The notes under the pieces are model-generated. The model ran no database searches. It was not told the origin of the DNA and saw only the letters and a program-made list of their open reading frames with translations. DNA of 64,000 nucleotides, taken from NCBI GenBank assembly GCA_964016885.1, contig OZ024747.1:37572001-37636000 (forward strand). The letters run 5' to 3'. Made by a program: the position numbers and the translations under genes. This DNA is from Eledone cirrhosa (taxonomy: Eukaryota). Below, piece after piece: positions 25,840-37,362 of this stretch (positions are counted from its first letter, which is position 1; the number at the start of each line of letters is the position of its first letter).

Positions 25840-28800
25840 CAACTCTGCCAAGATAATGACGAAGAATTCGTCAACTTGCTCCTTCATAATGAAGTGAGGT
25901 GGCTTTCAAAGGGTAAGTGCCTTACTCACTTCTTTGAACTGTTCGACTCTATCATTGAGTTTCTGTGAGGACGCAACACAGAACTGTACAAGAAAACCCT
26001 CGATGTGAAGCAAAACTGCGCCCACCTCACCGACATCGTCGACAAATGCAATAGCGTCATTTTGGCTTTGCAGGAGAAGAAGATCAGCTTGCTTAAAGTA
26101 AGGAATGCTGTGAAAACATTCCTGGCCAAATTGAATGTCATGGAAAGGAATCTTTGTTGACGGGAATTCTATAATTTTCCTAGTGTCGCCAATGTTCAAA
26201 ACATTGTAAGCGATGACCAACTCCAAATTTATACCGCTCACCTCCGTGCGCTACAAGACAACATGAGAGAACGGTTTGTCGACCTTTTGCCGATGGACAT
26301 CCCAATGTGGGTAGCAGATCCCTTCATAGCTAACGTCGATGATTTGGACGTTATATTTCAGGAAGAATTCATTGAACTTCAAGCAGATGACATGATCAAA
26401 ATTAGATTTCCAAAAATAGTTGAACCCCTTTTTTGGATGCAAGAGAAAATTCAGCGTCGATTTCCACTCCTACATGCAGAGGCTAAGAGATTTACTCTGC
26501 CTTTTCCAAGCTCATACTTAGTCAAGAGAAGGTTTGGTGCTGTTTCCAGACTGCACAGTAAGGCTCGCAACCGCTACAATGTAATTACACGTGGAGATCT
26601 CCGGCTACATCTTACAAAAATCCAGCCTGACGTCAAATAGTTAGCTAGACTCCATAAAGTTCAAGGGTCCCATTGAAATAAGGTCAAAGTTAAAGTAAGT
26701 TGATTTATCCGAAAACATGGATATGCTATTGTTACAAAGCAAACTAACAATTTTTTTATTTGTAGTTGCAGTCTGACTGGACTGGAAACCATCTACTACA
26801 ATTCACTTACTCATTTGTTGTATATATTTTAGCATTTACTAATAAATATACCCTCCCGCGTGGTCATGAAAACCCTCTTCCGTGGTCTCTAAGCTCACAA
26901 AGCAGAGGGGACATCAAGTTAGATATCAACATTTATTCTGTCCGTTTCATTAAAGGGAAAATTGGAAAGCTTTGAAATGATATAATTTCCAATTTCTTCC
27001 AGTTAAGAGCACTCTTTGGATAGACAGAGTTGCTCTTGTATAAATGTTCAAAGTAGCTGGTATCGCCTGGTGGGAATATAACAAATTCAACTGGTCCTTA
27101 TTCATAAAAAAGAACATTTATGTTCCTTTTTTTGAAATTTATATATTTCCTTTCAAGGAATGTATTTATACTCTCAGCTGCCTGCAATTGTATCTTTCGA
27201 ATATTGTTAATCAATTTTTTATTAATCTACTGATATCAAAATCAGTAGTATATTGAAAAATGGAAAAATAGGGTAGAGGGGCGTTTAGTGATTTCGAGGG
27301 AGAAAAGGAGCAAACAGTTGCTGCAAGACTTCGCCAATCTTCAGATGAGAGATGTAAGCGTCTTGATCAAGATAGGCTGATACGTTTGGCAAAAGCTTAG
27401 CACCTTTCAAGTGGACTTGGAAAAGATCAGCTTTCAACTATGATCCAAAACATGATTACTCTACAGAGAAACTGATTGATATTGAAGCAATGTCAAAAGA
27501 GTGCAATTTTTGTAAAGAAAAGAAATGGGAAAGAGACACCACTACTATGTGTTGTGGTGTAGGAATGATTGTTTTACCGACGTTTGGTACACCTCCAGAT
27601 ACTTTGAAAGCATTGCGTTTGGGAAACACACCAAGGAGCATGCACTTCTGAAAAAACATTAAGAATTATAATTCTGTTTTCTAAATAACCACCTTTGGTA
27701 GCAATATTATAAGAGAAGGGAACATGAAGCCAACTTTTAAAATTCAAGGTCAAGTATACCATCGTATTAGATCTTTGTTGTCAACTGAAGGCAAACATCC
27801 TCAGTTTTTTTTAGCTATATTTTATGGCAAATTACAAGGAGAAGGCTTTGCAATGGTCATTTAACCTTTCAAATTTGAAAGAAGAGTTAATCTTTGATCT
27901 GCAAGATATGTTGCATGCAAACAATAGCTATAACAGAAGCTTCAAGTGTGCATTAGAAGCTGCGCCACCCACTGAATACAAGATAGTTATTGATGCTAAC
28001 AAAAAGCTTATTGCTGAACAGAGAGGACGCTGCAATGCCCCTGCCCCAAATGAAGTAGCAGCAACTATTACAGGCGACGAGTATGGGAAGAGAGATATTA
28101 TTATTCAAGGAAGAGGAAATAAGTTGCAGCGGATAAATGGAACCCACCGATCATATGATGCACTCAAGTTTCCATTAATCTGTGTATTTGGCCAAGATAT
28201 ATATCACTTTGATATTTAAAAAAAACAGATCTTAAAACAAGAGCTCCTGCACTGACAAAAACAATAAGCCTCATAGAATTCTACGCTTACCTTTTCATAG
28301 TAAGAGAGCAAGACTTCAATATTCTTCATCGTTTACGTGAGCTCTTCCAACAATTTGCAGTTAATATGTATGCAAAAATTGAAGGAGAAAGGCTTCTTTA
28401 CATTAGAGCACATCAGATAAATCTCCGTGCATCAGATTACATTCACCTGAGAGATGGAATTAGTAATGAAGAAGCATTGGTTGCTGATAACAATGGACCG
28501 CTTTGTGTCATTCTTCCATCAAGCTTTACAAGAAGTCCACGGTATATGCATGAGCGTACCCAAGATGCACATGCATATGTCAGATACTATGGTCGTCCAG
28601 GCCTATTCACTATATTCACATGTCACCCAACATGGCATGAAATAAAGAGTGAGTTTTTTCATCATCAAGAACCCAAAGATCGTCATGATATTATAGCTAG
28701 GATGTTCAGACTTAAAGTCATAAAGCTGATGGATAAATGTGAGGTTTTTGGACCAGTCAAATGTGACATGTACACAATTGAACGGCAAAAACGAAGATTT

Positions 28801-29855
28801 CTACATGCCCACATTTTGATTTGGTTACTGCATGAAATTGTTAAGTCTCAGATGATTCATGGGCCCTGTGGTTCGAATAATCCATTCTCCCCAGGCATGA
28901 GGGATAATAAGTGTACCAAGAACTACTCACGTCTCTTTGCACAAGAAACCTAAACTGGAGAATATGGATACCCCCTTTACAGGAGAAGAAAATATGGGCA
29001 TGGTGGATTCACTTCGAAAAGAAAAATGAGAAATGGTCAATAATTCATCATTGACAATCAGGGGGTTGTATCCTACTGTCCTCTTACAAAACCTTTCAAA
29101 GTCCATATCAATGTTGAATTCTGCAACTCTGTTAATTCTGTTAAGTATGTTTGCAAATATATAAACAATGGTTTAGATATTGCAACATACACCCCTATGT
29201 AGAAATGGCAGTTAGCAGATAAATAAAAAAGACGAAGGTTCACAGTATGAGAGAGAAAGATACATCAGTAGCAATGAGGCTTTTTGGCGCATCTTCAATT
29301 TTCCCATTCATGAGAGTCACCCAGCCATAATTCATTTGAGAGTCCATCTAAAGAATGACCAAAGGGTTGTCTTTTCAAAACAAACAGCCTTGCAACAAGC
29401 ACTTTCCCCAAAAGAAACTACCCTTACTGCCTTAAGATGTGTCAAGAAGATGAAGATGCAAGAAGACTCTTTTACCTAGAATTATCCACTTGCAAAAACA
29501 ATAAATGACACGAGAGGAAACGTGGAGCTGATGCTCTTGCAAGAGTTTACAGTTTCCACCCAAGCCAAGCAGAATGCTACTACTTACAGCTCTTTTTACA
29601 TGAAGTTCGTGGTCCCAAATCATTCTAAGATTTGAGAAGGATGAATTGTCATGTATGCGGAACTTATAGGGAAGTTTACTATCAACAAGGTTTGTTTTAT
29701 TTTTAGGAAATGATATCATTGGGACCTTGCATTGACTGAAGCATCAGTGTCAGATTCTCCAAGGAAACTCCGTAACCTTTTTGCAATTATGCAGAACATG
29801 TGTCAAATTAGCAATCCTCTACAACTTTGGATGAAACATCGTGAGGACTTAAAGT

Positions 29856-31334
29856 ATGCCGTCCAACAGCGTCGTCGGGCGCTGGACGGACGGACCGGTT
29901 AAATTGCTAGTGGTCTGGTTCGGTCCGGACCTCCAGACGGACAAAAACTGGGACGAGGTGACGAGCAGGGTGGCTTCTCTCACCCAGAAATGGGCGGAGA
30001 GGAAGCTATCCCTGAAAGGTCGAGCGGAGGTGGCGAATGCGTACATCGCATCCGTCATCTACTACCGCCTGACCGTCGTACCTTGTCCTAAGCCCCGCCT
30101 GACTGCGCTGGAGCGTTTGCTCTTTCGCTTCTTGTGGAAGGGACGCGCTCCGATGGTCAGGCGGTCCATCTGCTGTCAACACCCGCTACGTGGAGGGCTG
30201 GGCATGCCGTGGCTGATGATGCGCAGACACGCGCTCAGGCTACGACATCGCCACCTCTTCCTCGACGGTGATCAGGTGTGGTCGCCGTTTGGAAGACACG
30301 TTTTTCCCCAGCTCGTCTCCTTGACGGAGCTGCAGTCCTGGGTCAAGCGAAGACCGAGAGGGAGCGCTTGGAGACTGGAATGTCTTCAGGCGCTCACAGC
30401 CCTCGGCCAATCGGGCAATGTGATCGGTGGAAACTCCACCTTGGCGTTCTATAGGGGATTAGTGGAGGGGAAGAGCGACGACGTACTTGGAGAAACTCTA
30501 GGCGTCGACGAAAATCAAGTAGCCAATCTCTTCGGAAGGACTTTCGGGCCGGGGCCTATGGACAACTTCCAGAAATCCCTGGCCTGGCAGTGCTACCGAG
30601 GAGCTTTGCCAGTTCGGGATAAACTCTACAGGCATGGAGGTGCCGTCAGCCGGGCATGTCCGAGATGCGCGCAGGGCGACGAAACCGTCCTGCACGCACT
30701 CGTCCAGTGTCCGAGCATTGCTGACTTGTGGGTTTATGTCGAACACCTGCTGTCACGTGTAGGACGGATCCAGCTATCAGCTGAGTCCATCGTGAGGATT
30801 GCCCCGCCCCCTTCCTTTAGCCTGGAAGGGCAGGCAGTTTTTATCTGTCTGGTGGCCATGGCGAAAGAGATAGTATGGTGGACACGTTTGAAAGGGCTGA
30901 AGACGAGCACTTACCTCTTCGGTGATGCCCTGATTAACTTTTTCAAATTTCATTTGAAAAGGAAAATCAGGGTAGAGAGGGAAGTGCTCTCTTCCCAGCA
31001 TTTTGTTGAAAGATGGATGAGAGAAGCAAGTATGGCCCGAATGAATGGGCCTTCTCTGAGTATGTGTCTGTAAATTAAAGGTGGAAAACTGGGAGAGGGC
31101 ACTTGCCCTGGTGGTCAGGGCCACTGTGGTCTTTTAATGGGCTTTCTCCACAAATGTCCCTTGGAAGTCTCCCCCCTATTGGGGAATTTTTCTTTGTTAT
31201 TTTATTTCAACCTCTGTTTTTTTACACGCAGAAATGCCCATTTGTACCGTCCTGTATTGTCCTGTACTGTCCTTAATGTCTACTTTATGTGAACCCTTGT
31301 GGTTAATAAAGAAAACATTATTATTATTATTATT
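29856..31334 (+). mobile_element. L1/Tx1-type LINE, copy C (3' fragment with (ATT)6 tail)
   Basis: ORF 29856-31073 is nearly identical to the C-terminal 405 aa of copy D ORF2; 3' UTR, AATAAA, (ATT)6 at 31317-31334. Confidence 0.95.
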
Positions 31335-31550
31335 GAATGCCATGGTTGACGGAGGCTCGGCTCTGTAAGGTATAGTAATTTTTAACCGTTAAAACAATTG
31401 TAAATTGTTTAAAACTTGAACCAAATTGTTGATAAAGACACCCTCCTCCTCGTGAGAGGGGTCTTTCTGTCCGTTATTTGGCCCTTCGGGGTTAAATAAC
31501 CAGTTATTGGGGTTTTGTACCCAAAATTTCATTTTAAACAAAAAAACAAC

Positions 31551-33647
31551 ATGGCTACGAAAAAGAAATTTCATACGTCACTCCCACTCATTCCGTCTTC
31601 TTCTTCCTCAATCATCACTACAGCAGAGAGAAGATTGTCTCTCTCCCTCCCTTCTTTAAATGTGTCTCTCTCCCTCCCTTCTCTTTCGCAAGTGACGAAA
31701 GAAAAGAAAAGTCTCGTGCAAAGCGTGCAAGGTTTCTCCACGACGACGACGACAGCGACGAAACAGGTGTGCGGGAAATACGAAAACCCAGTTCATTCGT
31801 CTGACGTCAGGAATAATAGCAGTAGCAGCCGTAATAACAACAGCAACAGTGACAATGAAAACAACAGTAGCAGCCGCAACAGCATCACCAGCAGCATAAA
31901 CAACAACAGCATTAGCAGCAGCAACACCAACAACAACCACAGCAACAGCGGCGGAGGCAATAGTCGTAGTACCTGCAGCAACAACAAAAGTACCAGCAGC
32001 TCTGACGACAACAACAACAGCAGAGAAAAACCAATCTCATTTGCAGGTATTGCGAAAAACTTGGAAACAATCCTCATAACAAATGAGGAATTAGAGGAAG
32101 CGAAGAAGATGGTGACAAAGAACGGACACCGAGCAATCTGCAAGGCAGCAAAAAATTTTTTCGAAACCCAAGAGCACTGTACGGTCACGTACCGTACAGT
32201 AAGTACAAAATGCCGTAGGGTGGAAAGAGCCACAGAGGCCCAAATACAAAAAGCCTTGGGGTCTGTGTGGCAGCGGAAAACGCACATCACCCGAGGCAAA
32301 AAATATGCCACCGTAGACGTACTTTTTGCCACACCCCAGGAGGCAAAGGCCCAATCAGTAGTGACCCTAAGGAGCGAGGAAATGGTGTTGGTGCCCTCCT
32401 ACTGTGGGCAAAAAATTGTGAGGGTCAAACTGACCCACGTCCCCCCCGGAATGACCCCTTCTTGGCTGGCCGCGTCTGTCCTCGTCGGAATCGAGGACAA
32501 AACAACTGTACTGCAAGTACAGAAAAAAGTAAGAGAAGATTGGGTCGGCTCCTCCATTGAGATGCTAATCCAAACCAACCAGGAGTGCATCGAAGCTATC
32601 CCGGATGTGATAGACTTCGATATCGGCACTCAACTGCCCATAAGTGTTGAGGGCAAACGCCCGAAATGCTTTCGCTGTGGATCGAAGACTCACCTCAGGG
32701 CCTTCTGCAACGAGAAGACCCTGAGAAAGGAGAAAACCCCCCTCCTTCCGAATCCGGCTCCACGGCTACCAGCAACAGGACAAGCGGCAACCAGGAACGA
32801 TAGGCCCGTGGCACCCATACCCACTCCACGGAAATCAAAAACAGCAGCAGCAGTGGAAATACTAACAACAACAACAGCAATACCAAATGCAGCTGCAACA
32901 GAGACTCCAGTGCAAACATCACCAACAACAACAAGTGAAAGAGTGGAGTTGGTACCCCTCCTCGACCTCACAGAATCAGACATGGAGTGTGAGGTGGGAG
33001 AGAGATGGCAAAAGGTCGTAAGAAGGCACAAACGCAGAAGCAGTGCATCGTCGCCTTTGAAAAGGGAGGAAAGAAATGAGAAAAGGGTAAAGTCTACTGC
33101 AAAGAGACCCACAGCAGCAACAACACCAACACCATCACCACCCACACTAGCGCCACCATCACCACCGGCGACAACCCCACCGCCAACAACACCTTCAACA
33201 CCACCACCACAAGCACCAACATCGCAAACACAACAACAAAACACACACACCCAGCAACAACGACAAGAAAATAGCAGAACCACACCCCACCCCCAGAAAA
33301 ACAAATGCACGGCAATAAATACACACAACAAGAAACTAATGACTTACATAATTGAACACACAGACATTTCACAACAGGACTACATAATACCAGCACCAAT
33401 CAAAACGCCAACTAACATAAGACTGCTAAAAATAGCACAGAAACAATACACAAATATTAAAACGAAATTCCCCAACGCAGTTGGTGATTTCAGGGACCTA
33501 GGAGGAACCATCAATCGAAGAGTATACTCAGACATTCTCTTAGAAGAGCCGACGACCAGCCGAAGGGACGATTCAACGGTCCCTTCACCAGACGATCAAG
33601 TGAAAAGGGATGTAAAAACCATCCCTCCTCTACCAAAAGTACGGTAA
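31551..33647 (+). CDS. LINE ORF1 protein (698 aa from first ATG), CCHC knuckle, S/N- and P/T-rich low-complexity segments
   Basis: Open frame; CFRCGSKTHLRAFC (C-X2-C-X4-H-X4-C); homologs in copies A and B. Confidence 0.9.
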   Translation: MATKKKFHTSLPLIPSSSSSIITTAERRLSLSLPSLNVSLSLPSLSQVTKEKKSLVQSVQGFSTTTTTATKQVCGKYENPVHSSDVRNNSSSSRNNNSNSDNENNSSSRNSITSSINNNSISSSNTNNNHSNSGGGNSRSTCSNNKSTSSSDDNNNSREKPISFAGIAKNLETILITNEELEEAKKMVTKNGHRAICKAAKNFFETQEHCTVTYRTVSTKCRRVERATEAQIQKALGSVWQRKTHITRGKKYATVDVLFATPQEAKAQSVVTLRSEEMVLVPSYCGQKIVRVKLTHVPPGMTPSWLAASVLVGIEDKTTVLQVQKKVREDWVGSSIEMLIQTNQECIEAIPDVIDFDIGTQLPISVEGKRPKCFRCGSKTHLRAFCNEKTLRKEKTPLLPNPAPRLPATGQAATRNDRPVAPIPTPRKSKTAAAVEILTTTTAIPNAAATETPVQTSPTTTSERVELVPLLDLTESDMECEVGERWQKVVRRHKRRSSASSPLKREERNEKRVKSTAKRPTAATTPTPSPPTLAPPSPPATTPPPTTPSTPPPQAPTSQTQQQNTHTQQQRQENSRTTPHPQKNKCTAINTHNKKLMTYIIEHTDISQQDYIIPAPIKTPTNIRLLKIAQKQYTNIKTKFPNAVGDFRDLGGTINRRVYSDILLEEPTTSRRDDSTVPSPDDQVKRDVKTIPPLPKVR

Positions 33648-33682
33648 GTGGTCTTTCCCATCTTTTCCACTCTATTTTAAAC

Positions 33683-36600
33683 ATGACCTCACTCAGAATA
33701 GGCAGCATAAATGCGCGTGGCTTGGAGTCGTCATGGAAGCAGGGTCACCTGCTCAACGACCTCAGGTCACTAAACATAGATGTAGTGGCCATCAGCGAGA
33801 CCAGAATCTCCGAAGCACGGGCCTTCGCACCGATCTTCGGCGGCTACGATGTGTACGCATCTCCCAGCCGTCCTGGATCCGGTGGAGGAGTTGCTGTACT
33901 TTTTCGGAGAGGTTTGGATCTCGCCATACGGGCCATCTTCCTGGACCCAGAGGGTAAGCTGGTGGTGCTGGACGTGACCAGCGGAGACGGGCAAGCTTTC
34001 AGGCTAGTGGCCGTCTATGCCCCGACAGGAGCAGGGCGGCCTGATTTCTTCCGGCGTCTGGAGACCTTTCTTGGAACGTCGCGCTCTTTAGTGTTAGTGG
34101 GCGACTGGAACGGGATCTTAGATGCACGCTGGGACTGTGTGGGATTAGCGGATAGGGGTGGAGGGTGCAAGAGCCTCACCAACCTGCTCAGGCGTTTTGA
34201 ACTGTCTGACAGGTACCGATTGGATTTCCCGAATGTGCCAATGTGGACTTGGACAAACCGCATAGGGTCATCCAGATCATATCTAGATAGAGTATTTTGT
34301 AGGGAAATAGATAGGTCTAGCATAGGCTGTCCACAATTCAAGATAGTCAGCTACACGGACCACAAATTCGTGATCTGTGTGCTTGACTTAGATAGGCTTC
34401 ATAGACGAGGACCCGGCTACTGGAAGCTAAACGCGTCCTTACCAGCACGCAAGGCCTACAGAGACCGGATTAGCGAACTAGTTAAGCGGGCGTTGACGGG
34501 GGCCATCGTCAACAACAAGTGGTGGTTTGCTCTGAAAAGAGCGATTAGAATAGAATCGATTAGATTTAGTAAGGCTTTAGCAATAGAGAAAAATAGAGCA
34601 GAGGGAGAACTAGTTAGAAAATTAGACGAGGCGCTTAGCAAAGGCATTGCGACCGACGTGCTTGCGGCGAAATTGGCCCTTGACCAATTCTTCAATGCAA
34701 AGCACGAAGGCTGCGTTGTCAGAGCAAGGGTGCGTGCTCTCAGACACGAGGGGACGAAAGCCGTTCAATGGGCCCGAGTGGCGGAGGCGCGTCGTGGCAA
34801 CAAAGCCACGATCCGGTCTTTGGTGGACCACGACGGGCGCATGCTACTCGATCCCGGGCAAATGTGTGAAGCTTTTCAGCGACACTTCGCTCAGCTGTTC
34901 GGGGGCAGCGGGGGGCCGGGTAGAGGGATGGACTTTAGTGTCTACCTCGACGGACTGCCGCGGCTCTCGGCCACTGAGGCGAAGTGTTGCGAAAAGCCGA
35001 TAACAGCCGCTGAAGTACGGGAGGCAATGACTGGCTGCACAAGGGGTAAATCGCCTGGTTTGGATGGTCTGCCCTATGAACTTTACGTACAGATGCCAGA
35101 CTTGTTCGGAGGCCTCTTGGCGGACGTCTACTGCAACTGGCAACAGAACGGGAGAATTCCCAGTTCTGTGAGCCGAGGAGCGGTGGCACTGCTGAGAAAG
35201 GATCCGAACAAGGGGTATAACATAGACAATTTCCGGCCCATAACTCTGCTAAACACAGAGTTTAAGATTTTGGCCAAGGTGCTAGCAAAGAGGTTGGCGC
35301 TTGTCGTTGGTGGTCTGGTGGGAGAGGCGCAGACATGCGCCATTCCCGACAGATCCATCCACGACAACCTCCACCTCATGCGATACATCGTAGAGAGGGT
35401 AGCTAGGGAACCTGGCACGGGTGGGTCCTTGATCAATTTAGATCAGTCGAAAGCTTTCGATAGGGTCGACCATCGTTACCTAGCGGCAGTCCTGAGGGCG
35501 GCTGGCTTTGGGCCCGTCTTCAGAGGCTGGATCGCTGCCATGCACAGCGACATCTGCTCTGTAGTGAGAGTGAACGGTCACCTGTCGGAACCGTTCAACA
35601 TCATGCGCTCGGTCCGCCAAGGATGTCCCCTCTCGTCCCTCTTGTACGTATTGACTCTCGAGCCATTACTGCACAAACTGGAGACGTTGAGGGGAGTCCC
35701 GCGCGAACTAGGATGCGGAAGATCCGTGTCAGCATATGCGGACGATGTCACCGTAGTGGTGTCGAACGCCAAACACATCGAGGCGATCGGCACTACACTA
35801 AGAGAATACGAAGCGGTGACAGGAGCAATGATCAACCAGGAAAAGTCAGTGGGCCTGCAGCTCGGCACCTGGAGAGGCAGGTCCATGCCGTCCAACAGCG
35901 TCGTCGGGCGCTGGACGGACGGACCGGTTAAATTGCTAGGGGTCTGGTTCGGTCCGGACCTCCAGACGGACAAAAACTGGGACGAGGTGACGAGCAGGGT
36001 GGCTTCTCTCACCCAGAAATGGGCGGAGAGGAAGCTATCCCTGAAAGGTCGAGCGGAGGTGGCTAACGCGTACATCGCGTCTGTCATCTGCTACCGCCTA
36101 ACCGTCGTACCTTGTCCTAAGCCTCGCCTGACTGCGCTGGAGCGTTTGCTCTTTCGCTTTTTGTGGAAGGGACGTGCTCCGATGGTCAGGCGGTCCATCT
36201 GTTGTCAACACCCGCTACGTGGAGGGCTGGGCATGCCGTGGCTGATGATGCGCAGGCACGCGCTCAGGCTACGACATCTCCACCTCTTCCTCGACGGTGA
36301 TCAGGTGTGGTCGCCGTTTGCTAGACGCGTTTTTCCCCAGCTCGTTTCCTTGACGGAGCTGCAGTCCTGGGTCAAGCGAAGACCGAGAGGGAGCGCCTGG
36401 AGACTGGAATGTCTTCAGGCGCTCACAGCCCTCGACCAATCGGGCAATGTGATCGGTGGAAACTCCACCTCGGCGTTCTATAGAGGATTAGTGGAGGGGA
36501 AGAGCGACGACGTACTTGGGGAAACTCTAGGCGTCGACGAAAATCAACTAGCCAATCTCTTCGGAAGAACTTTCGGGCCAGGGCCTATGGACAACTTCCA

Positions 36601-37102
36601 GAAATCTCTGGCCTGGCAGTGCTACCGAGGAGCCTTGCCAGTTCGGGATAAACTCTACAGGCATGGAGGTGCCGTCAGCCGGGCATGTCCGAGATGCGCG
36701 CAGGGCGACGAAACCGTCCTGCACGCACTCGTCCAGTGTCCGAAAATTGCTGACTTGTGGGTTTATGTCGAACACCTGCTGTCGCGTTTAGGACGGATCC
36801 AGCTATCATCTGAGTCTATCGTGAGGATTGCCCCGCCCTCCTCCTTTAGCCGGGAAGGGCAGGCAGTTTTTATCTGTCTGGTGGCCATGGCGAAAGAGAT
36901 AGTATGGTGGACACGTTTGAAAGGGCTGAAGACGAGCACTTACCTCTTCGGTGATGCTCTGATTGACTTTTTCAAATTTCATTTGAAAAGGAAAATCAGA
37001 GTAGAGAAGGAAGTGCTCTCTTCCCAGCATTTTGTTGAAAGATGGGTGAGAGAAGCAAGAATGGCCCGAGTGAATGGGCTGACTCTGAGTATATATCTGT
37101 AA
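33683..37102 (+). CDS. LINE ORF2 protein (1139 aa): APE endonuclease, reverse transcriptase, C-terminal Zn motif
   Basis: SINARG, ISET, YAP, GDWN, YLDRV, TDH; KSPGLDG, LDQSKAFDRV, QGCPLS, AYADD; CPRCAQGDETVLHALVQC. Confidence 0.96.
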   Translation: MTSLRIGSINARGLESSWKQGHLLNDLRSLNIDVVAISETRISEARAFAPIFGGYDVYASPSRPGSGGGVAVLFRRGLDLAIRAIFLDPEGKLVVLDVTSGDGQAFRLVAVYAPTGAGRPDFFRRLETFLGTSRSLVLVGDWNGILDARWDCVGLADRGGGCKSLTNLLRRFELSDRYRLDFPNVPMWTWTNRIGSSRSYLDRVFCREIDRSSIGCPQFKIVSYTDHKFVICVLDLDRLHRRGPGYWKLNASLPARKAYRDRISELVKRALTGAIVNNKWWFALKRAIRIESIRFSKALAIEKNRAEGELVRKLDEALSKGIATDVLAAKLALDQFFNAKHEGCVVRARVRALRHEGTKAVQWARVAEARRGNKATIRSLVDHDGRMLLDPGQMCEAFQRHFAQLFGGSGGPGRGMDFSVYLDGLPRLSATEAKCCEKPITAAEVREAMTGCTRGKSPGLDGLPYELYVQMPDLFGGLLADVYCNWQQNGRIPSSVSRGAVALLRKDPNKGYNIDNFRPITLLNTEFKILAKVLAKRLALVVGGLVGEAQTCAIPDRSIHDNLHLMRYIVERVAREPGTGGSLINLDQSKAFDRVDHRYLAAVLRAAGFGPVFRGWIAAMHSDICSVVRVNGHLSEPFNIMRSVRQGCPLSSLLYVLTLEPLLHKLETLRGVPRELGCGRSVSAYADDVTVVVSNAKHIEAIGTTLREYEAVTGAMINQEKSVGLQLGTWRGRSMPSNSVVGRWTDGPVKLLGVWFGPDLQTDKNWDEVTSRVASLTQKWAERKLSLKGRAEVANAYIASVICYRLTVVPCPKPRLTALERLLFRFLWKGRAPMVRRSICCQHPLRGGLGMPWLMMRRHALRLRHLHLFLDGDQVWSPFARRVFPQLVSLTELQSWVKRRPRGSAWRLECLQALTALDQSGNVIGGNSTSAFYRGLVEGKSDDVLGETLGVDENQLANLFGRTFGPGPMDNFQKSLAWQCYRGALPVRDKLYRHGGAVSRACPRCAQGDETVLHALVQCPKIADLWVYVEHLLSRLGRIQLSSESIVRIAPPSSFSREGQAVFICLVAMAKEIVWWTRLKGLKTSTYLFGDALIDFFKFHLKRKIRVEKEVLSSQHFVERWVREARMARVNGLTLSIYL

Positions 37103-37352
37103 ACTAAAGGTGGAAAATTGGGAGAGGGCACTTGCCTTGGTGGTCAGGGTCATTGTGGCTTTTTACTGGGCTTTCTCCACAAATGTCCCTCCGAAGTCTC
37201 CCCCCTATTGGGGAATTTTTCATTGTTATTTTCATTGTTATTTTTGTTACATCCTCTGTTTTTGTTTTTTTACACGCAGAAATGCCCATTTGTACCGTCC
37301 TGCATTGTCCTGCACTGTCCTTAATGTCTACTTTATGTAAACCCTTGTGGTT

Positions 37353-37358
37353 AATAAA
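37353..37358 (+). promoter_or_regulatory. Polyadenylation signal AATAAA of copy D
   Basis: Same position just before the (ATT)n tract in copies B, C and D. Confidence 0.7.
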
Positions 37359-37362
37359 GAAA

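Larger units (their letters stand above)
24677..27310 (+). mobile_element. hAT (Buster/Charlie, ZBED5/SCAND3-like) DNA transposon relic; right TIR not found
   Basis: Left end caaaggttctcaac preceded by atgTAgat (NNNTANNN target pattern); CATD..AMVG, HCVIHRQHLAAK, EVRWLSKG, LPFPSSYLV, RGDLRLHLT. Confidence 0.85.
24365..29855 (+). mobile_element. Helitron 3 (same family as Helitron 1), interrupted by a hAT relic, truncated before the helicase
   Basis: 27405-29855 is a close inverted copy of 15170-17590; VILPSSFTRSPRYM, LHAHILIWL; starts with TC at 24365. Confidence 0.88.

Noticed and set aside
31515-31550. ORF1 start at TTG 31515
   Set aside because: In a eukaryote the first ATG in good context (aacATGg, 31551) is the likelier start.
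33733-36775. Many overlapping and antisense ORFs recurring in the LINE copies
   Set aside because: Expected shadows of a GC-rich ORF2; recurrence reflects copy identity and no motifs were recognised.
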